Positions 55,101 to 64,000 of a stretch of DNA of 64,000 bases are shown here, in pieces; position 1 is the stretch's first letter, and every line of letters starts with the position of its first letter. Both the position numbers and the translations under genes were made by a program. Origin of the DNA: Giardia intestinalis. Its lineage: Eukaryota. The notes below the pieces were generated by a model that did no database searches, was not told the origin of the DNA, and saw only the letters and a program-made list of their open reading frames with translations. The stretch is from assembly GCA_000002435.2 (NCBI GenBank), contig CM018792.1; one strand, given 5' to 3'.

Positions 55101-58100
55101 AAACGATGATCTCTCCATCTACCAGGACACTTATCCCTCCTGCCGAGAAGTTGGTAACTATCGACTTCACAGACGAAACCCCAGGTACTCTTTTATCAGA
55201 TGAGCCTAGATTCCCACTCTTCTATACCTTTTCTGGTTGCGGAGGTGGAATGATGCAAGAGAGCATGCGTCTCCTTTCAGAGCCATCTTGCAAACCGGGG
55301 GCTGTTCGAGCTCTTTTCGCCCCGTCGCCTCAACTGGCCAACAAGCGCCGACCAATTCCCGTTACATCCCATAAGATTCAGGTTGACTCAGAACTAGTTT
55401 TTACAACACTGCGTAAGATTGCCAATCATTTGCTAAAGGAGGGCCTTTTTGTTGGCAAAGAGGCCCAGGACTTTTTAGCGGTATTGGCGTCTGCTGGCAT
55501 TGAGACAAAGACTACCGCCTTTGGCAAGTTCTTCACATCCTTATTCTCTGCTATCCCGCCCAAAAGGCCTCGATCTAAGACTCAGCGCACGCAACTAGAG
55601 CTCAACATAGTAGCGCAGATGATCTACTACTATCGGCTACTATTTAAGTCTACCACCGTGCAGCAGACTACACAGCCGTCTGCGCTCCAGTTCATCCCTT
55701 TAGTTTTGGATACGTATATCTTTGGCTCCACCGAGACACGGGTCAATTGCCTCTCCATCATGACCAGCCTGGCGTCGGTTGCTCCGGCCCATTATGGAGC
55801 CGTTCACACGCTTATTTGCGACGTTTTTGCAGGTCTTCTTCGGAAACCTCTTGGAGGAGAGGCTGTGTTGGAGACACTTGCTAAGTACTTTACAGATACT
55901 TTCGGAAGCGAATGTGCCGATGGAGCTGCCGCTATCCTTAGACGCGAGGCGCTTGCCTTCAATCCTATCGCCGCGAGGAAGTTTATCGAGCAGTTGAGCG
56001 CGTATTTCGACAAGGAGCTCCCAGTGCAGCTCATAGCTCTTAATATAGTGGGAGGTATTTCAACAGAGATACTCTTTGAAAAGTACTTGACCATATATGT
56101 GCTTCTTGGGGACCACGACCACGAAGGCATGGACAAATTCTTTTCATTTGTTAACGCATACAACAATTCACTCATGACTGTCTCGGCCACATCGTTTGCT
56201 GAGGCTGTGCGTGCGTCTGTCCTGCAGGAGAAAGGGACCAAGAAAGACTCAGACTTCCGGCGGGTCATCCCCATCGACGGTCCTGTGTGCTTGGATGTAC
56301 AGAGATGGATGCCAGTGTGTGTGTCAGGCTCTGAATTCTCGGTGGAAGGTGCTTACAATAATATCACAGCAATGGCCGCGACTGTCCACAAAACCATTGA
56401 CACCATTTGTAAAAGCAGCGACTCTGTCAACTGGCACTCTCTCTGCTTCATACTCGTGTACTATATTAAGCGCTTTGCGATGCTCCCAATTCTTGTTGGA
56501 GTCCTTCGACAGCTGTGTTCTGCCCTAACCGAGAATCATTTAGTTTTTGTAGACATTTATCTAATATTTTACACATCAGTCTTGTTGGCATACTCGTATA
56601 AGGAGCACGGGACCATGCAGCATCCACTGACTTCGCGCGCCATGCCTGTGACTGCTTATTCGGACGCGTCCTTGCCTTTAGTTGAGCGCATTTCACCGAT
56701 TAGCGAGCTGAAAGCGTTCCTGAATGAACAGGAGATAATTCCCTATCTACAAGAGCTTATCAGGTCCACGCTTCTTGTCTGTCATGAATGGTGTGAGCAG
56801 AATGACGCTGCGTCCAAGTGTGCGATTGGGCAGCAGGAGAACACCATCATGTGGAGACAAATGTTTATAATCGGCGGGCTTGGCGTCGTCAAGACCACCT
56901 TGGCATTGCTAATAGAGATGGTTGCGAGGGACTCTGCCGGTTCGTCGTCTGCTCAGCTCAAGGTATACGAACATCAAATGTTGTGCAACATAGTCTGGCG
57001 TGTCTTCGAGTCACTTCCCTATATACGCTCATTATCGCCGAGCATTTACACAATCAAAATACACCAAGTTATGCGAAGATTAATTGATCTTGTAGTGTCA
57101 GTCCAAGAACGATCCAGTTTTTCAGACATAAAGATGTATTGGCGTGGATTACTGACCAGGACAATGAGTAACGGAAATACCGAAGAGGCGCGTGTTTTCA
57201 TAGAGGAAGAGCTGAAGTGGTTTGTGAAGTATATTTCTGATCACACGTATAGAGGGAGTGGCAAAGCAGCCTCACGATTAGTGGTGCTTGAGGGCCTGAT
57301 CAATGGCATATTTATCTATGATGCTCCGATGGCGGAGGATGTCTCGTTAAGAGTGCTTGGAGCATTAGACAAGACCTCGCCCCAAGCGCTAAGTTTTTCT
57401 AGATTAGTGGTGCCACATATAGCCAAGATACTTGCTTTCTGCGTAGTAGCCGTACACAGAGACCTGCTGGCTTTATCTAAGACTAGTGCAAGCTTCTGCG
57501 GACTACTTAGGGGTTCGAACGAAGGCCACGCCTGTAGTTCTTCCGAGGAAAAAGGTCTCAGGTGTGTGGAAAGTCTATTCTCACGTCTCAAGGCTGCCAT
57601 AGCTAAATGGATTGATACGGACCCCAATTCCAGGTCTGAACAGACGCTAGATGACATCGAGTGCTACCACGAGGCAGCGCTGCTTGTGACCATTGTCCAC
57701 AGTGTCTCTTCCTTGCGGGGTCCTACGTCTATCATCGACAAATACGAACTTCTGGAGACTATTATCCACCTGAAGGGGATCGACGTGTGTTCTAATGAAC
57801 TCGGAGACCAGCTAAACGCTATAGTTAAAACGTATGTCGACACTTTGATAAACCCGTCATCGCAGACCTGCGAAACTTTCATTAGGATTCTCAGTACAGG
57901 GACTTTAGGTCCGCGGGAGTACGCATTCTGCCTTGGAAACTTCTCGCGTCTGGTTACTAAGTATCTACTGACGAGCGATCACTTAGTTTCTCACACAACC
58001 GTGAGATCTGAGCTCATTGAAAAATACTTCCGCATACCCTTTTTCACGGCGATGGGCAAGCACAATGTCATCAAAGAGCAGGGTCTCTCCGCCTTTATTA

Positions 58101-58450
58101 ACATAGCCAGCGCAATGAGCAGGGATGTACTCAGGGAGACGTACGACATCCTTCTCCAGCTATTCAAGCAGAAGGACTCGAGGCAGTGCAACGGGGTGCT
58201 CTCTATTATGATCCTGTTTGCTAAGATTTTGCTGCTCGATATGAGCTCTGAGTTGCCGAGACACTTGCTGAATTTGAAACGCCTAACCACATCCAAGCAG
58301 CCTGTAGTGCGACAAAACGCTACTCAGTTCTATGAAGCATTTTGGCGGAAGTATACTTATTATGAAAGCGTTATAGAGCTAGTATTTCCAGAGGAAGGCG
58401 ACTTTGAAGCGCTAAAGGAGACCAAGAAGGCCGTTAGTTATGTAAACTAG
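52121..58450 (+). CDS. Large hypothetical protein (about 2109 aa), probably alpha-helical/ARM-HEAT-like
   Basis: The track start at 52034 is TTG. The first ATG is 52121, preceded by ccttttttta. The 6.3-kb ORF is uninterrupted. It is leucine-rich with no catalytic motifs recognised. Confidence 0.6.
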   Translation: MTQLPGNVCLGPIDLDRESILNVAEFVRMLSSVGTGEELSMLLDVFGSLVMMQTTFTVAERATMVSLFVDLLSSGIGVYPVSLVVELLKAISTLCSAEPPLPISVPWRVTFDCVDTYAFSTRAVGDIGSLSKEFFNNAAQDLMCIGAYYDPEDYEQIYALVHGYLKDTSTPTNLFKYLALTRCWLPVLPSAHLRAKYVKAHCQQKSETDFRSSIVEKAQFLLPGTFVDSSVADLLSVDLSFHRSTEQLHTSCLRDLEDLLHLSLGKEVGYSILYSIYRLLVDCPYLDISESSSSILLSFQTTPVETSSQFSKSCSYFTSEGRKGVLSSLSLPDWFEFWPAGMSEAVLTISQASVWRPSLLWCLVQAGACRSRYLYLQGMLPNTTPSPPNELTKEYVDLSPAISMLRYIVNACFVGDLPKCSVIKDVSMLLTDLSSARVLPDEKHQQDLQARIVHFVKGPLAHVLYLPVTSASLKAITPLGSSLAKTLLLQLYIDGASPDTVDLFQDALIKAVNLFSADTWPMITQMAYELAHIDATKKHHKYGLSSLLFIVSDQLLDRWFISSDTTGLTLPEALAMCLPYLTLQHVVQSKACLLFLESVSLSLPVLTAKDLCQKVGCYTSSKYDTLKDLLFAVLDSLLAFLLDASVETLASCDADPLSAVRSPQTERVKSPTNHGEYGVAFSSKNTTRIFSPSFGTVTGTNKFAPHLATAEKVIVSILAALDTSTTCEIFSKQLLPFLFDKVIPRRVASFRSFLSACIAGLESRCNHSADEAKMVHLVLDTLYDGLDEHIRAWLEKSDTTKSPTVALICLQAVISVDHLLLSPAGETRLNTLGSRILEYFCAEEYRSYCEASEKIALLQKNKTADPFPSCPDQDDELEPAKKKFTYIVCLAHALSTPCVTAFPSSWTPCLDGDIREVAWSVPTDASIELYQSIISVVSEALSICTNITTSTDISYALLSLLTPHVQGNRISAPANVPIDSYKFQTLLDCLDIRQTMISPSTRTLIPPAEKLVTIDFTDETPGTLLSDEPRFPLFYTFSGCGGGMMQESMRLLSEPSCKPGAVRALFAPSPQLANKRRPIPVTSHKIQVDSELVFTTLRKIANHLLKEGLFVGKEAQDFLAVLASAGIETKTTAFGKFFTSLFSAIPPKRPRSKTQRTQLELNIVAQMIYYYRLLFKSTTVQQTTQPSALQFIPLVLDTYIFGSTETRVNCLSIMTSLASVAPAHYGAVHTLICDVFAGLLRKPLGGEAVLETLAKYFTDTFGSECADGAAAILRREALAFNPIAARKFIEQLSAYFDKELPVQLIALNIVGGISTEILFEKYLTIYVLLGDHDHEGMDKFFSFVNAYNNSLMTVSATSFAEAVRASVLQEKGTKKDSDFRRVIPIDGPVCLDVQRWMPVCVSGSEFSVEGAYNNITAMAATVHKTIDTICKSSDSVNWHSLCFILVYYIKRFAMLPILVGVLRQLCSALTENHLVFVDIYLIFYTSVLLAYSYKEHGTMQHPLTSRAMPVTAYSDASLPLVERISPISELKAFLNEQEIIPYLQELIRSTLLVCHEWCEQNDAASKCAIGQQENTIMWRQMFIIGGLGVVKTTLALLIEMVARDSAGSSSAQLKVYEHQMLCNIVWRVFESLPYIRSLSPSIYTIKIHQVMRRLIDLVVSVQERSSFSDIKMYWRGLLTRTMSNGNTEEARVFIEEELKWFVKYISDHTYRGSGKAASRLVVLEGLINGIFIYDAPMAEDVSLRVLGALDKTSPQALSFSRLVVPHIAKILAFCVVAVHRDLLALSKTSASFCGLLRGSNEGHACSSSEEKGLRCVESLFSRLKAAIAKWIDTDPNSRSEQTLDDIECYHEAALLVTIVHSVSSLRGPTSIIDKYELLETIIHLKGIDVCSNELGDQLNAIVKTYVDTLINPSSQTCETFIRILSTGTLGPREYAFCLGNFSRLVTKYLLTSDHLVSHTTVRSELIEKYFRIPFFTAMGKHNVIKEQGLSAFINIASAMSRDVLRETYDILLQLFKQKDSRQCNGVLSIMILFAKILLLDMSSELPRHLLNLKRLTTSKQPVVRQNATQFYEAFWRKYTYYESVIELVFPEEGDFEALKETKKAVSYVN

Positions 58451-59090
58451 GAATTAGTTCATCTTGGTCTCTGTGGACACCGCGGGCATAGATGGACATA
58501 AGGGAGCGATAAATGCCGTCAGCGTCGTCAGGGCCAATGAGATCAGCACGCAGCCCCTGTTCTGTAGCTCCATAGATATCGACCAATAGATCCATCACGT
58601 TTCTATATTGTTGCAAGCAGACCCGAATTGATACAAAATACATGCCACTGAAGCCGCCGTCCGTGGGGAAACACCAGAGCTTTTCAAAGGTATCTTTGTT
58701 CATGCGTTCCACCGTGGAATAGCACTCCTCTGGAGTCTGCTCGTCAGCATCTGGTGTGGATACTTCGTCCTGCACACCCACAAGGCCTTTGAGGTGCTCA
58801 GGGGGGAAGGAAAGAAAGTCATATTGCGTCGGATATGCCTGCTGAAGGACAGCCATGCAGCGCTTCCTGTGCTCCGAAAGCGACAGTCCGGATTCAAGCA
58901 CCTCTTTCAGTCGCTCATGAGATGCATACTCTTGGAGGTTCAGCTCAAAGAGGCCTGCTAGACTCCCCAGCTCTGGGTTTGTTTGTATGGGTTCGTTAGC
59001 TAAAAAAGATACTAGCGTGTCGACAGTACCTCCCCATTCGACGACCTTCTCATAAAGAGCAGCAATCACAAAAAAGTCCCATTCTCGCAT
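58434..59090 (-). CDS. Hypothetical protein (218 aa)
   Basis: An ATG-initiated ORF overlaps convergently with the previous gene by 17 bp. No family was recognised. Confidence 0.45.
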   Translation of the reverse strand: MREWDFFVIAALYEKVVEWGGTVDTLVSFLANEPIQTNPELGSLAGLFELNLQEYASHERLKEVLESGLSLSEHRKRCMAVLQQAYPTQYDFLSFPPEHLKGLVGVQDEVSTPDADEQTPEECYSTVERMNKDTFEKLWCFPTDGGFSGMYFVSIRVCLQQYRNVMDLLVDIYGATEQGLRADLIGPDDADGIYRSLMSIYARGVHRDQDELIPSLHN

Positions 59091-59103
59091 TTATATTTAC
59101 TGC

Positions 59104-60921
59104 TTACTCCACATATTGCTCTCTAAAGGCTGGCTCACCCAGTAAGATGCTATTTATTACCCCCTGGCGCTTCATCTGGATAAATTTAAGCCCGGTGTCG
59201 GCATAGACGCCCCTGAACTTTCGATACTTTTCGTAATGAGGGCTATCTGGTGGGGGGACGACCAGGATGACGACACCATCGGTTTCTTTGGCCAGCATTG
59301 CTGCATCAAGTATGCGATCGTCAAGAGTGTCTAGATGTAAGTTAGGGTTTAAGGCGCGGCAGGAGGTTTTATGGAGCTCTGGGAGGTCCTCCTCGATCTC
59401 TCTTTTGTGGAGACATCGGTCGAATTCGCTTTCGAAAACAATCTTCACGGTCTTGACACCCATGCCCGCGACAACGAGACCAAAGCTGTACAGGGCAATA
59501 AAATCCTTTGCGGACGTCTGCTTTGTCATTGGTACGTTCAGAATGGCCTCTGGAACGATTACTATGTGATAGCTGTCAACAAACACAACAGGGTATTTGA
59601 AAGATTTGGCCATTACACGTGCAAGAGACCAATCCTCTGGCATCCGGCTGAGGAGCGACTGGTCACCAGCAGCTGCTTCTTCCCGAGAAACGCTTATCAA
59701 GTACTTTCGAGCCCGAGGAAAGTCCACACTTGGGTCTCTGAGCACAGTTTTCCTGCATCTCTGAAGGTACGTCTCTGTGAGAATGGGGATGCCCCTGTGG
59801 ATCGCCATCAGATAGCGTGCCGTCCTCCGAAACTTGTTCGTAAAGAATACATTGACCTTATCGGCAGCATATCCAAGATCTTGGCGGATGTTCAGCTCCT
59901 CAACAATGGATTTCATCTCTTCGTTAAGATAATTGCACCAGCAGACCTTCACATCCTGCCCAAGACCATCTAGGATGTCTGTGAAACTGTACTCGTCACA
60001 ATGAATAGTGTGCATGAGTGCTCGCCGTGCTGTGTAGTCATCGATGTTATAAGCTAATGGAGGCGCATCGTCCAAGTTCTCAAAGCACGCGTCTATTTGA
60101 AGTTTTTCATTAGGATCAGACTCTTCCGGGTTCTCTGCCACCCCGTCGCTTTCAGACTCTTCGTCAGTACTTTGCAAGTCTAGTCCTTCATCGCTAGTGT
60201 CGCTGTCATCCCCAGTGAACTCCTGAAACGACTCGTTAGTGCTTGGGCGGATAGATTCGTGTTCCTCACCGTCAATATCTAGTCCATCTGCTTTCTTGGC
60301 TTTTTTCTTAGTCGTCTTTTTTACCGTTGGCTTAGAGATCTCACTGGCCGCAGCAGGCGTCTTCTTAGTAGTTTTCTTTACCCCTGCGTCTTCCTTGCTA
60401 GCGGGGCCTAAGGTCTTTGCAGACTCTGTACGTGGCTTTTTCGTGGTTGGAGTTGTTTTCTTTTTCGGTGGTTCCTGCTTTGCTACAGAGGCAGAGTCTT
60501 GTTCTGCTTCTTGTTGATCGAGACCTGCCAGAACTGCTCCTGTCTCATGCTCTTCAGCAGCTTCATTCACAGTCACAACGATCTTAAACACAACGGCTTT
60601 CGACTCGCACACAACGTGGAACCGATTGACACTACTGGGATCAAGCTCGTAAGTGTCTTTCATGAGTGTCTTCGAAATTCCACCGTGTTTGATAGTTGTT
60701 CCTGCACGTGAAGTATCAGATATGATAATCTTTTCTGCGCTGAACACCATTTCGAGGTGCTGAGACGAGATAGCAGGCCCGGGGAGTGGAATGAAGAAGG
60801 ACCCTGGCTCAGCAGAGCGCTGGGCGCCGTCTTTGGCAGCTCGCCCCACTAGTATGCGTGTCTCTGCGATCTCATACGCATGGAGAAAGCTCTCGTCTTG
60901 ATAGACCATGCATTTGACCAT
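59104..60921 (-). CDS. FHA-domain nuclear protein (605 aa)
   Basis: The N-terminal FHA-like core is GRAAKD...SQHLEMVFSAEKIIISDTSRAGTTIKHGG. Lys/Thr-rich basic tracts (KKTTKKTP, KKTTKKKAKK) and an acidic Ser/Asp/Glu cluster lie in the middle. The globular C-terminal domain is unassigned. Confidence 0.55.
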   Translation of the reverse strand: MVKCMVYQDESFLHAYEIAETRILVGRAAKDGAQRSAEPGSFFIPLPGPAISSQHLEMVFSAEKIIISDTSRAGTTIKHGGISKTLMKDTYELDPSSVNRFHVVCESKAVVFKIVVTVNEAAEEHETGAVLAGLDQQEAEQDSASVAKQEPPKKKTTPTTKKPRTESAKTLGPASKEDAGVKKTTKKTPAAASEISKPTVKKTTKKKAKKADGLDIDGEEHESIRPSTNESFQEFTGDDSDTSDEGLDLQSTDEESESDGVAENPEESDPNEKLQIDACFENLDDAPPLAYNIDDYTARRALMHTIHCDEYSFTDILDGLGQDVKVCWCNYLNEEMKSIVEELNIRQDLGYAADKVNVFFTNKFRRTARYLMAIHRGIPILTETYLQRCRKTVLRDPSVDFPRARKYLISVSREEAAAGDQSLLSRMPEDWSLARVMAKSFKYPVVFVDSYHIVIVPEAILNVPMTKQTSAKDFIALYSFGLVVAGMGVKTVKIVFESEFDRCLHKREIEEDLPELHKTSCRALNPNLHLDTLDDRILDAAMLAKETDGVVILVVPPPDSPHYEKYRKFRGVYADTGLKFIQMKRQGVINSILLGEPAFREQYVE

Positions 60922-61066
60922 TTTTATCTTAGTTTGTACTAGCCCTTCGTTGGTAGTGCAGCCCTGTTCAGGGACAAAACGTGGTAGACACCTCTTAGGT
61001 AACTACTTCGTTGTATTGACACTTTCGACGTATAGCAACTTATCACAGGGCGAAGTTAACTTAAGA

Positions 61067-61080
61067 GGGCGCAGATTTGG
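61067..61080 (+). promoter_or_regulatory. Candidate Giardia histone-promoter motif (him1-like) GGGCGCAGATTTGG
   Basis: It lies about 37 bp upstream of the H3 ATG. It resembles the conserved GRGCGCAGATTVGG element I recall from Giardia core-histone promoters. That recollection is unverified and the match is 13 of 14. Confidence 0.4.
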
Positions 61081-61116
61081 GATCAATCTTTTTGGCCAAA
61101 AAGGGCGGGGAACAAA

Positions 61117-61557
61117 ATGGCACGCACCAAGCACACGGCACGCAAGACGACCAGCGCGACGAAGGCGCCGCGCAAGACGATCGCGCGCAAGGCCGCACGC
61201 AAGACGGCGTCCTCGACGAGCGGGATCAAGAAGACCGGCCGCAAGAAGCAGGGCATGGTCGCGGTCAAGGAGATCAAGAAGTACCAGAAGTCCACAGACC
61301 TGCTCATCCGGAAGCTGCCCTTCTCGAAGCTCGTCCGTGACATCGTCACCTCCGGGCTCTCCAAGTCCGACATCCGCTTCCAGGGCGCGGCGGTGGAGGC
61401 CCTCCAGGAGTCTGCGGAGAACTACATCATCTCGCTCTTCGTCGACACGCAGCTCTGCGCCGAGCACGCCAAGCGCGTCACGATCATGAAGCCCGACATG
61501 GAGCTTGCGACCCGGATCGGCAAGCGGATCGAGCCCGAGTACAGGAAGGGCAAGTAA
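61117..61557 (+). CDS. H3: Histone H3 (divergent, diplomonad-type)
   Basis: The tail reads [10 protein letters not shown]...KAPRK...AARK. The histone-fold core reads [21 protein letters not shown]...[17 protein letters not shown]...[18 protein letters not shown]. Length is 146 aa. Confidence 0.95.
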   Translation: MARTKHTARKTTSATKAPRKTIARKAARKTASSTSGIKKTGRKKQGMVAVKEIKKYQKSTDLLIRKLPFSKLVRDIVTSGLSKSDIRFQGAAVEALQESAENYIISLFVDTQLCAEHAKRVTIMKPDMELATRIGKRIEPEYRKGK

Positions 61558-61559
61558 AC
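61553..61559 (+). promoter_or_regulatory. AGTAAAC poly(A) signal overlapping the H3 TAA stop
   Basis: The sequence reads caAGTAAACg, with the stop codon inside the motif. Confidence 0.6.
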
Positions 61560-61566
61560 GTTTACT
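61560..61566 (-). promoter_or_regulatory. AGTAAAC poly(A) signal overlapping the TAG stop of the CPSF30-like gene
   Basis: The minus strand reads CTAGTAAACg. Together with the H3 signal it forms the palindrome agtaaacgtttact. Confidence 0.55.
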
Positions 61567-62359
61567 AGGCGTCTTCGTCTTCGATTTCCTTGTTTGCCCG
61601 CGCACGGGCCCGATCGGCGCGTTCGCTGGCTTCGATTTCGCGCAAAATGTCATAGAGGCGGCGGAAGTTTTCGGGCGTGTGCTCAAAGACTTTGTTGATC
61701 ATAGCGTGGTCACGGACGAGCCGGGACCCGTCTTTGGCAGCAGGACATTGTAGCAACATCCCAGTGAAGTCTGTGTTATCCTCTATTGAGGTCTGTCCGT
61801 GATGAGCGTTGTAGCGATCTTTCTTGTCGTTGTCGGTGAGCTCATGAGCATCGCCGTGATACTTGCAGCAGTGGCTGCAGTGGCCAATATAGCCCGGCTT
61901 CTTCATGACCTGGCGCGTGTATATGGTAATGGGACCAGACAGCTGGGGGTGCTGCATTGTACAATTGGGGCCTTCGGGACAGAAGCCTGCGAGGTACCGA
62001 GGGCAGAGCGTGTACACTATGTGCCTGGAATCGCATGTTTTATTGAGGCAGACACCGCGTGCGAATGAATAGCAGACATCGGCACGCTTAGAGCTCTTGT
62101 GGTTGTAAATGCAGTAGTGGTTGGTGCAATTATCTCCAAACTTGCACAGATCGAGCTTGTCAATAGCGTACTCATGGATAAACTCGCAGTCATCTCCTTT
62201 CTTACACTGGTCTCGGATGTAGTGCTTACAGACGGTCTTATTAGTCTTCCTACTACTATCTGTCTCCATGTGTGCATATATCCCTATCTTATCGCGAATG
62301 AACGTGTTGAGCTGCTCAGAGTTCTGCGTTCGGAAGCAGGACTCCAAGGCATAGTTCAT
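61565..62359 (-). CDS. CCCH zinc-finger protein, CPSF30/Yth1-like (cleavage and polyadenylation specificity factor 30 kDa subunit)
   Basis: At least four tandem CCCH fingers are present: CKHYIRDQCKKGDDCEFIH, CKFGDNCTNHYCIYNH, CYSFARGVCLNKTCDSRH and CPRYLAGFCPEGPNCTMQH. A CSHCCKYHGDAH knuckle-like motif follows. The size of 264 aa fits CPSF30. Confidence 0.7.
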   Translation of the reverse strand: MNYALESCFRTQNSEQLNTFIRDKIGIYAHMETDSSRKTNKTVCKHYIRDQCKKGDDCEFIHEYAIDKLDLCKFGDNCTNHYCIYNHKSSKRADVCYSFARGVCLNKTCDSRHIVYTLCPRYLAGFCPEGPNCTMQHPQLSGPITIYTRQVMKKPGYIGHCSHCCKYHGDAHELTDNDKKDRYNAHHGQTSIEDNTDFTGMLLQCPAAKDGSRLVRDHAMINKVFEHTPENFRRLYDILREIEASERADRARARANKEIEDEDA

Positions 62360-62385
62360 AGTAGATCTTCCAAAAAATTCTCTCT

Positions 62386-63309
62386 ATGGAGAGCATAAAC
62401 GACGTGATCATGCGGCACACGCCCCTTGTATCTGCTACAAAGCATCAGGCCACTCAGTTCCTTATAAGGAGGGCTGGCCTGGCCGGTTCATGTAACGCCA
62501 AGGAGGAGTGCTTCGAACTAACAACGGAGAAAGACTGCTTTCGTTCGGACACGTTCATGGTTACTTGTCCCGTTTTTCTTGCATGCTACCAGTCCTATTA
62601 TTCTCAGGAGGAGTTTGATAAATTGAGGTTCTGGACTCCTGGAATTGCATTTACTGAAACCAACGATCCAGCGCCGGTAACGGACTGTGTTGATGAGTCT
62701 GCCTTTGACGAGGACGGCCCGAGCGTTATGGCGCTTCATGATGATGAGTCTCCACACGTCAGTCTCGTCTCGGGACTTCACTTCTTTGTTACCAAGCCTA
62801 GCCCGAAGCTAGTAACGGCCCGCGTGAACACTTCAATCGTTGCCATGTGTCGTAGCAATCCGTATCCGGTTAACGCGATTCCTATAGTCCGAAACAACTG
62901 GATCTATAAGCAGAATGTCATCCTCTTATGCGCTCAGAATCTATCCTACACCAGCTTTGCAGCATCCTCGGTAGACCAGCTTCTTACCAATTTGGCCGAG
63001 AAGTCTGGAAACGCTAACTTGAAACGTTGTATAGAAGAGGAACTTCAGTCAGAGCTGCCGTGTCCAGGAAAGATAGGTAGGGGCGTCTCCAGACTGCCAG
63101 AGTCTCTAGTTACAACTGGTAGCGAAGGCCCACTAGTTTTCAGCGTAGCCTGCGATACAGGTCAGACTGACGATCAGCGAAGCTACATCGATCTGCAGCC
63201 TGTACAGGTCTTCCACGTCGAGCAGCCCAAGAGTGGGCAGGAGAAGGTAATTCCATTTACACCCTTTACTGCACGTGACAATGTGGTCAGTTTCCTAGAC
63301 GTCCTCTAG
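62386..63309 (+). CDS. Hypothetical protein (307 aa)
   Basis: An ATG-initiated ORF in a gene-dense context. No family was recognised. Confidence 0.45.
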   Translation: MESINDVIMRHTPLVSATKHQATQFLIRRAGLAGSCNAKEECFELTTEKDCFRSDTFMVTCPVFLACYQSYYSQEEFDKLRFWTPGIAFTETNDPAPVTDCVDESAFDEDGPSVMALHDDESPHVSLVSGLHFFVTKPSPKLVTARVNTSIVAMCRSNPYPVNAIPIVRNNWIYKQNVILLCAQNLSYTSFAASSVDQLLTNLAEKSGNANLKRCIEEELQSELPCPGKIGRGVSRLPESLVTTGSEGPLVFSVACDTGQTDDQRSYIDLQPVQVFHVEQPKSGQEKVIPFTPFTARDNVVSFLDVL

Positions 63310-64000
63310 GAAGGTACGTGATTGCTGTTGGACGAAGTGTGGCTTAGCAAGCAAGAGTAAGTATAACCACATCTATTGCCAAATGTTAAAGAAATCACGG
63401 GCCAGAAGAAAGGGTCAGTACTGTAATGCAAGAGCACGCTACTGTTCACCTCAGCTAAGCATGGGGCAATAATCTTCTACCTATGGACACACTTTCATAT
63501 CTCACAGAAAGTGCACAAGTAGGCAGATTGGGAGAGGCAGCGTGTAAATGTATCATGTTTCACCAGTACCCATTCGTCACACAAGACAGTAAACTGCCAA
63601 TCAACAGCAAGACAGCGAGACCCCACAGCATCTCTCCAACCAACAATAAGAGTGGCCAGCGCTAGCCGCGGGGGCGTCCGAACGAGCTCAGCCCTCGTAC
63701 CAGTTCCTCCCGGTCGCTTCATTCACGGCGCCACCAAGAAGACGCGTGCCCTGACTCGCGAACCAAGGCGCTGACCATGGAGCAGCGACATGCGGTAAGT
63801 AGAGTACAAAAAATCCACAACACCGGCAAGCGATGCACTCGGGCAAAGGTGCCCCCTGCCTCGGGAGATCATGCATCTAGACACCGATGCTGCTCTTTCG
63901 TTGCTGCGGCTCCAGGCTTCCAGATAGTCCGGCCCTTTCCAGTATCACACATCCTCTTCTATCTGACATGAAACCGGGGCTACGGTGCTCTGAGCTCTGA

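Noticed and set aside
63790-63800. GTAAGT (catgcggtaagtag) as a possible 5' splice site, and TACTAAC at about 2345-2351 as a branch-point-like motif.
   Set aside because: Diplomonad cis-introns are extremely rare and use a distinct fused branch/3' site motif. Neither site lies within an otherwise interrupted ORF. These are most likely chance occurrences.

Overview
This window reads as a gene-dense, essentially intronless eukaryotic nuclear region of diplomonad (Giardia-like) type, not a prokaryotic or viral locus. It has about 28 single-exon protein-coding genes on both strands, with intergenic spacers often under 100 bp and several overlapping gene ends. AT-rich initiator stretches abut the ATG codons, and AGTRAAY poly(A) signals overlap or directly follow stop codons. 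The NADP-glutamate dehydrogenase at 11461-12810(-) matches what I recall of the Giardia gdh marker protein. Confident calls are GDH, ribosomal protein eS4, histone H3, CCT chaperonin delta-like subunit, DnaJ, ornithine decarboxylase, tRNA isopentenyltransferase, a CPSF30-like CCCH protein, a 5412-aa dynein heavy chain, an AGC kinase, a NEK-like ankyrin kinase, a large ankyrin pseudokinase, and a 2169-aa high-cysteine membrane protein. The remaining genes are hypothetical. I found no rRNA, tRNA, CRISPR array or transposon. Note that the supplied ORF track uses TTG and GTG as starts, so several 5' ends were moved to the first in-frame ATG. The most unusual feature is the cysteine-rich surface protein at 45194-51703(-). 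It is built as two tandem modules of a bacterial-adhesin-like beta-helix region followed by a Giardia-type CxxC/EGF-like cysteine-rich region. Other points worth a second look: the dynein heavy chain appears to have lost the Walker A motifs of AAA2 and AAA4. Histone H3 and the convergent CPSF30-like gene share a 14-nt perfectly palindromic poly(A)-signal pair. Three non-coding gaps of 0.4-0.8 kb are unusually long for a genome this compact.
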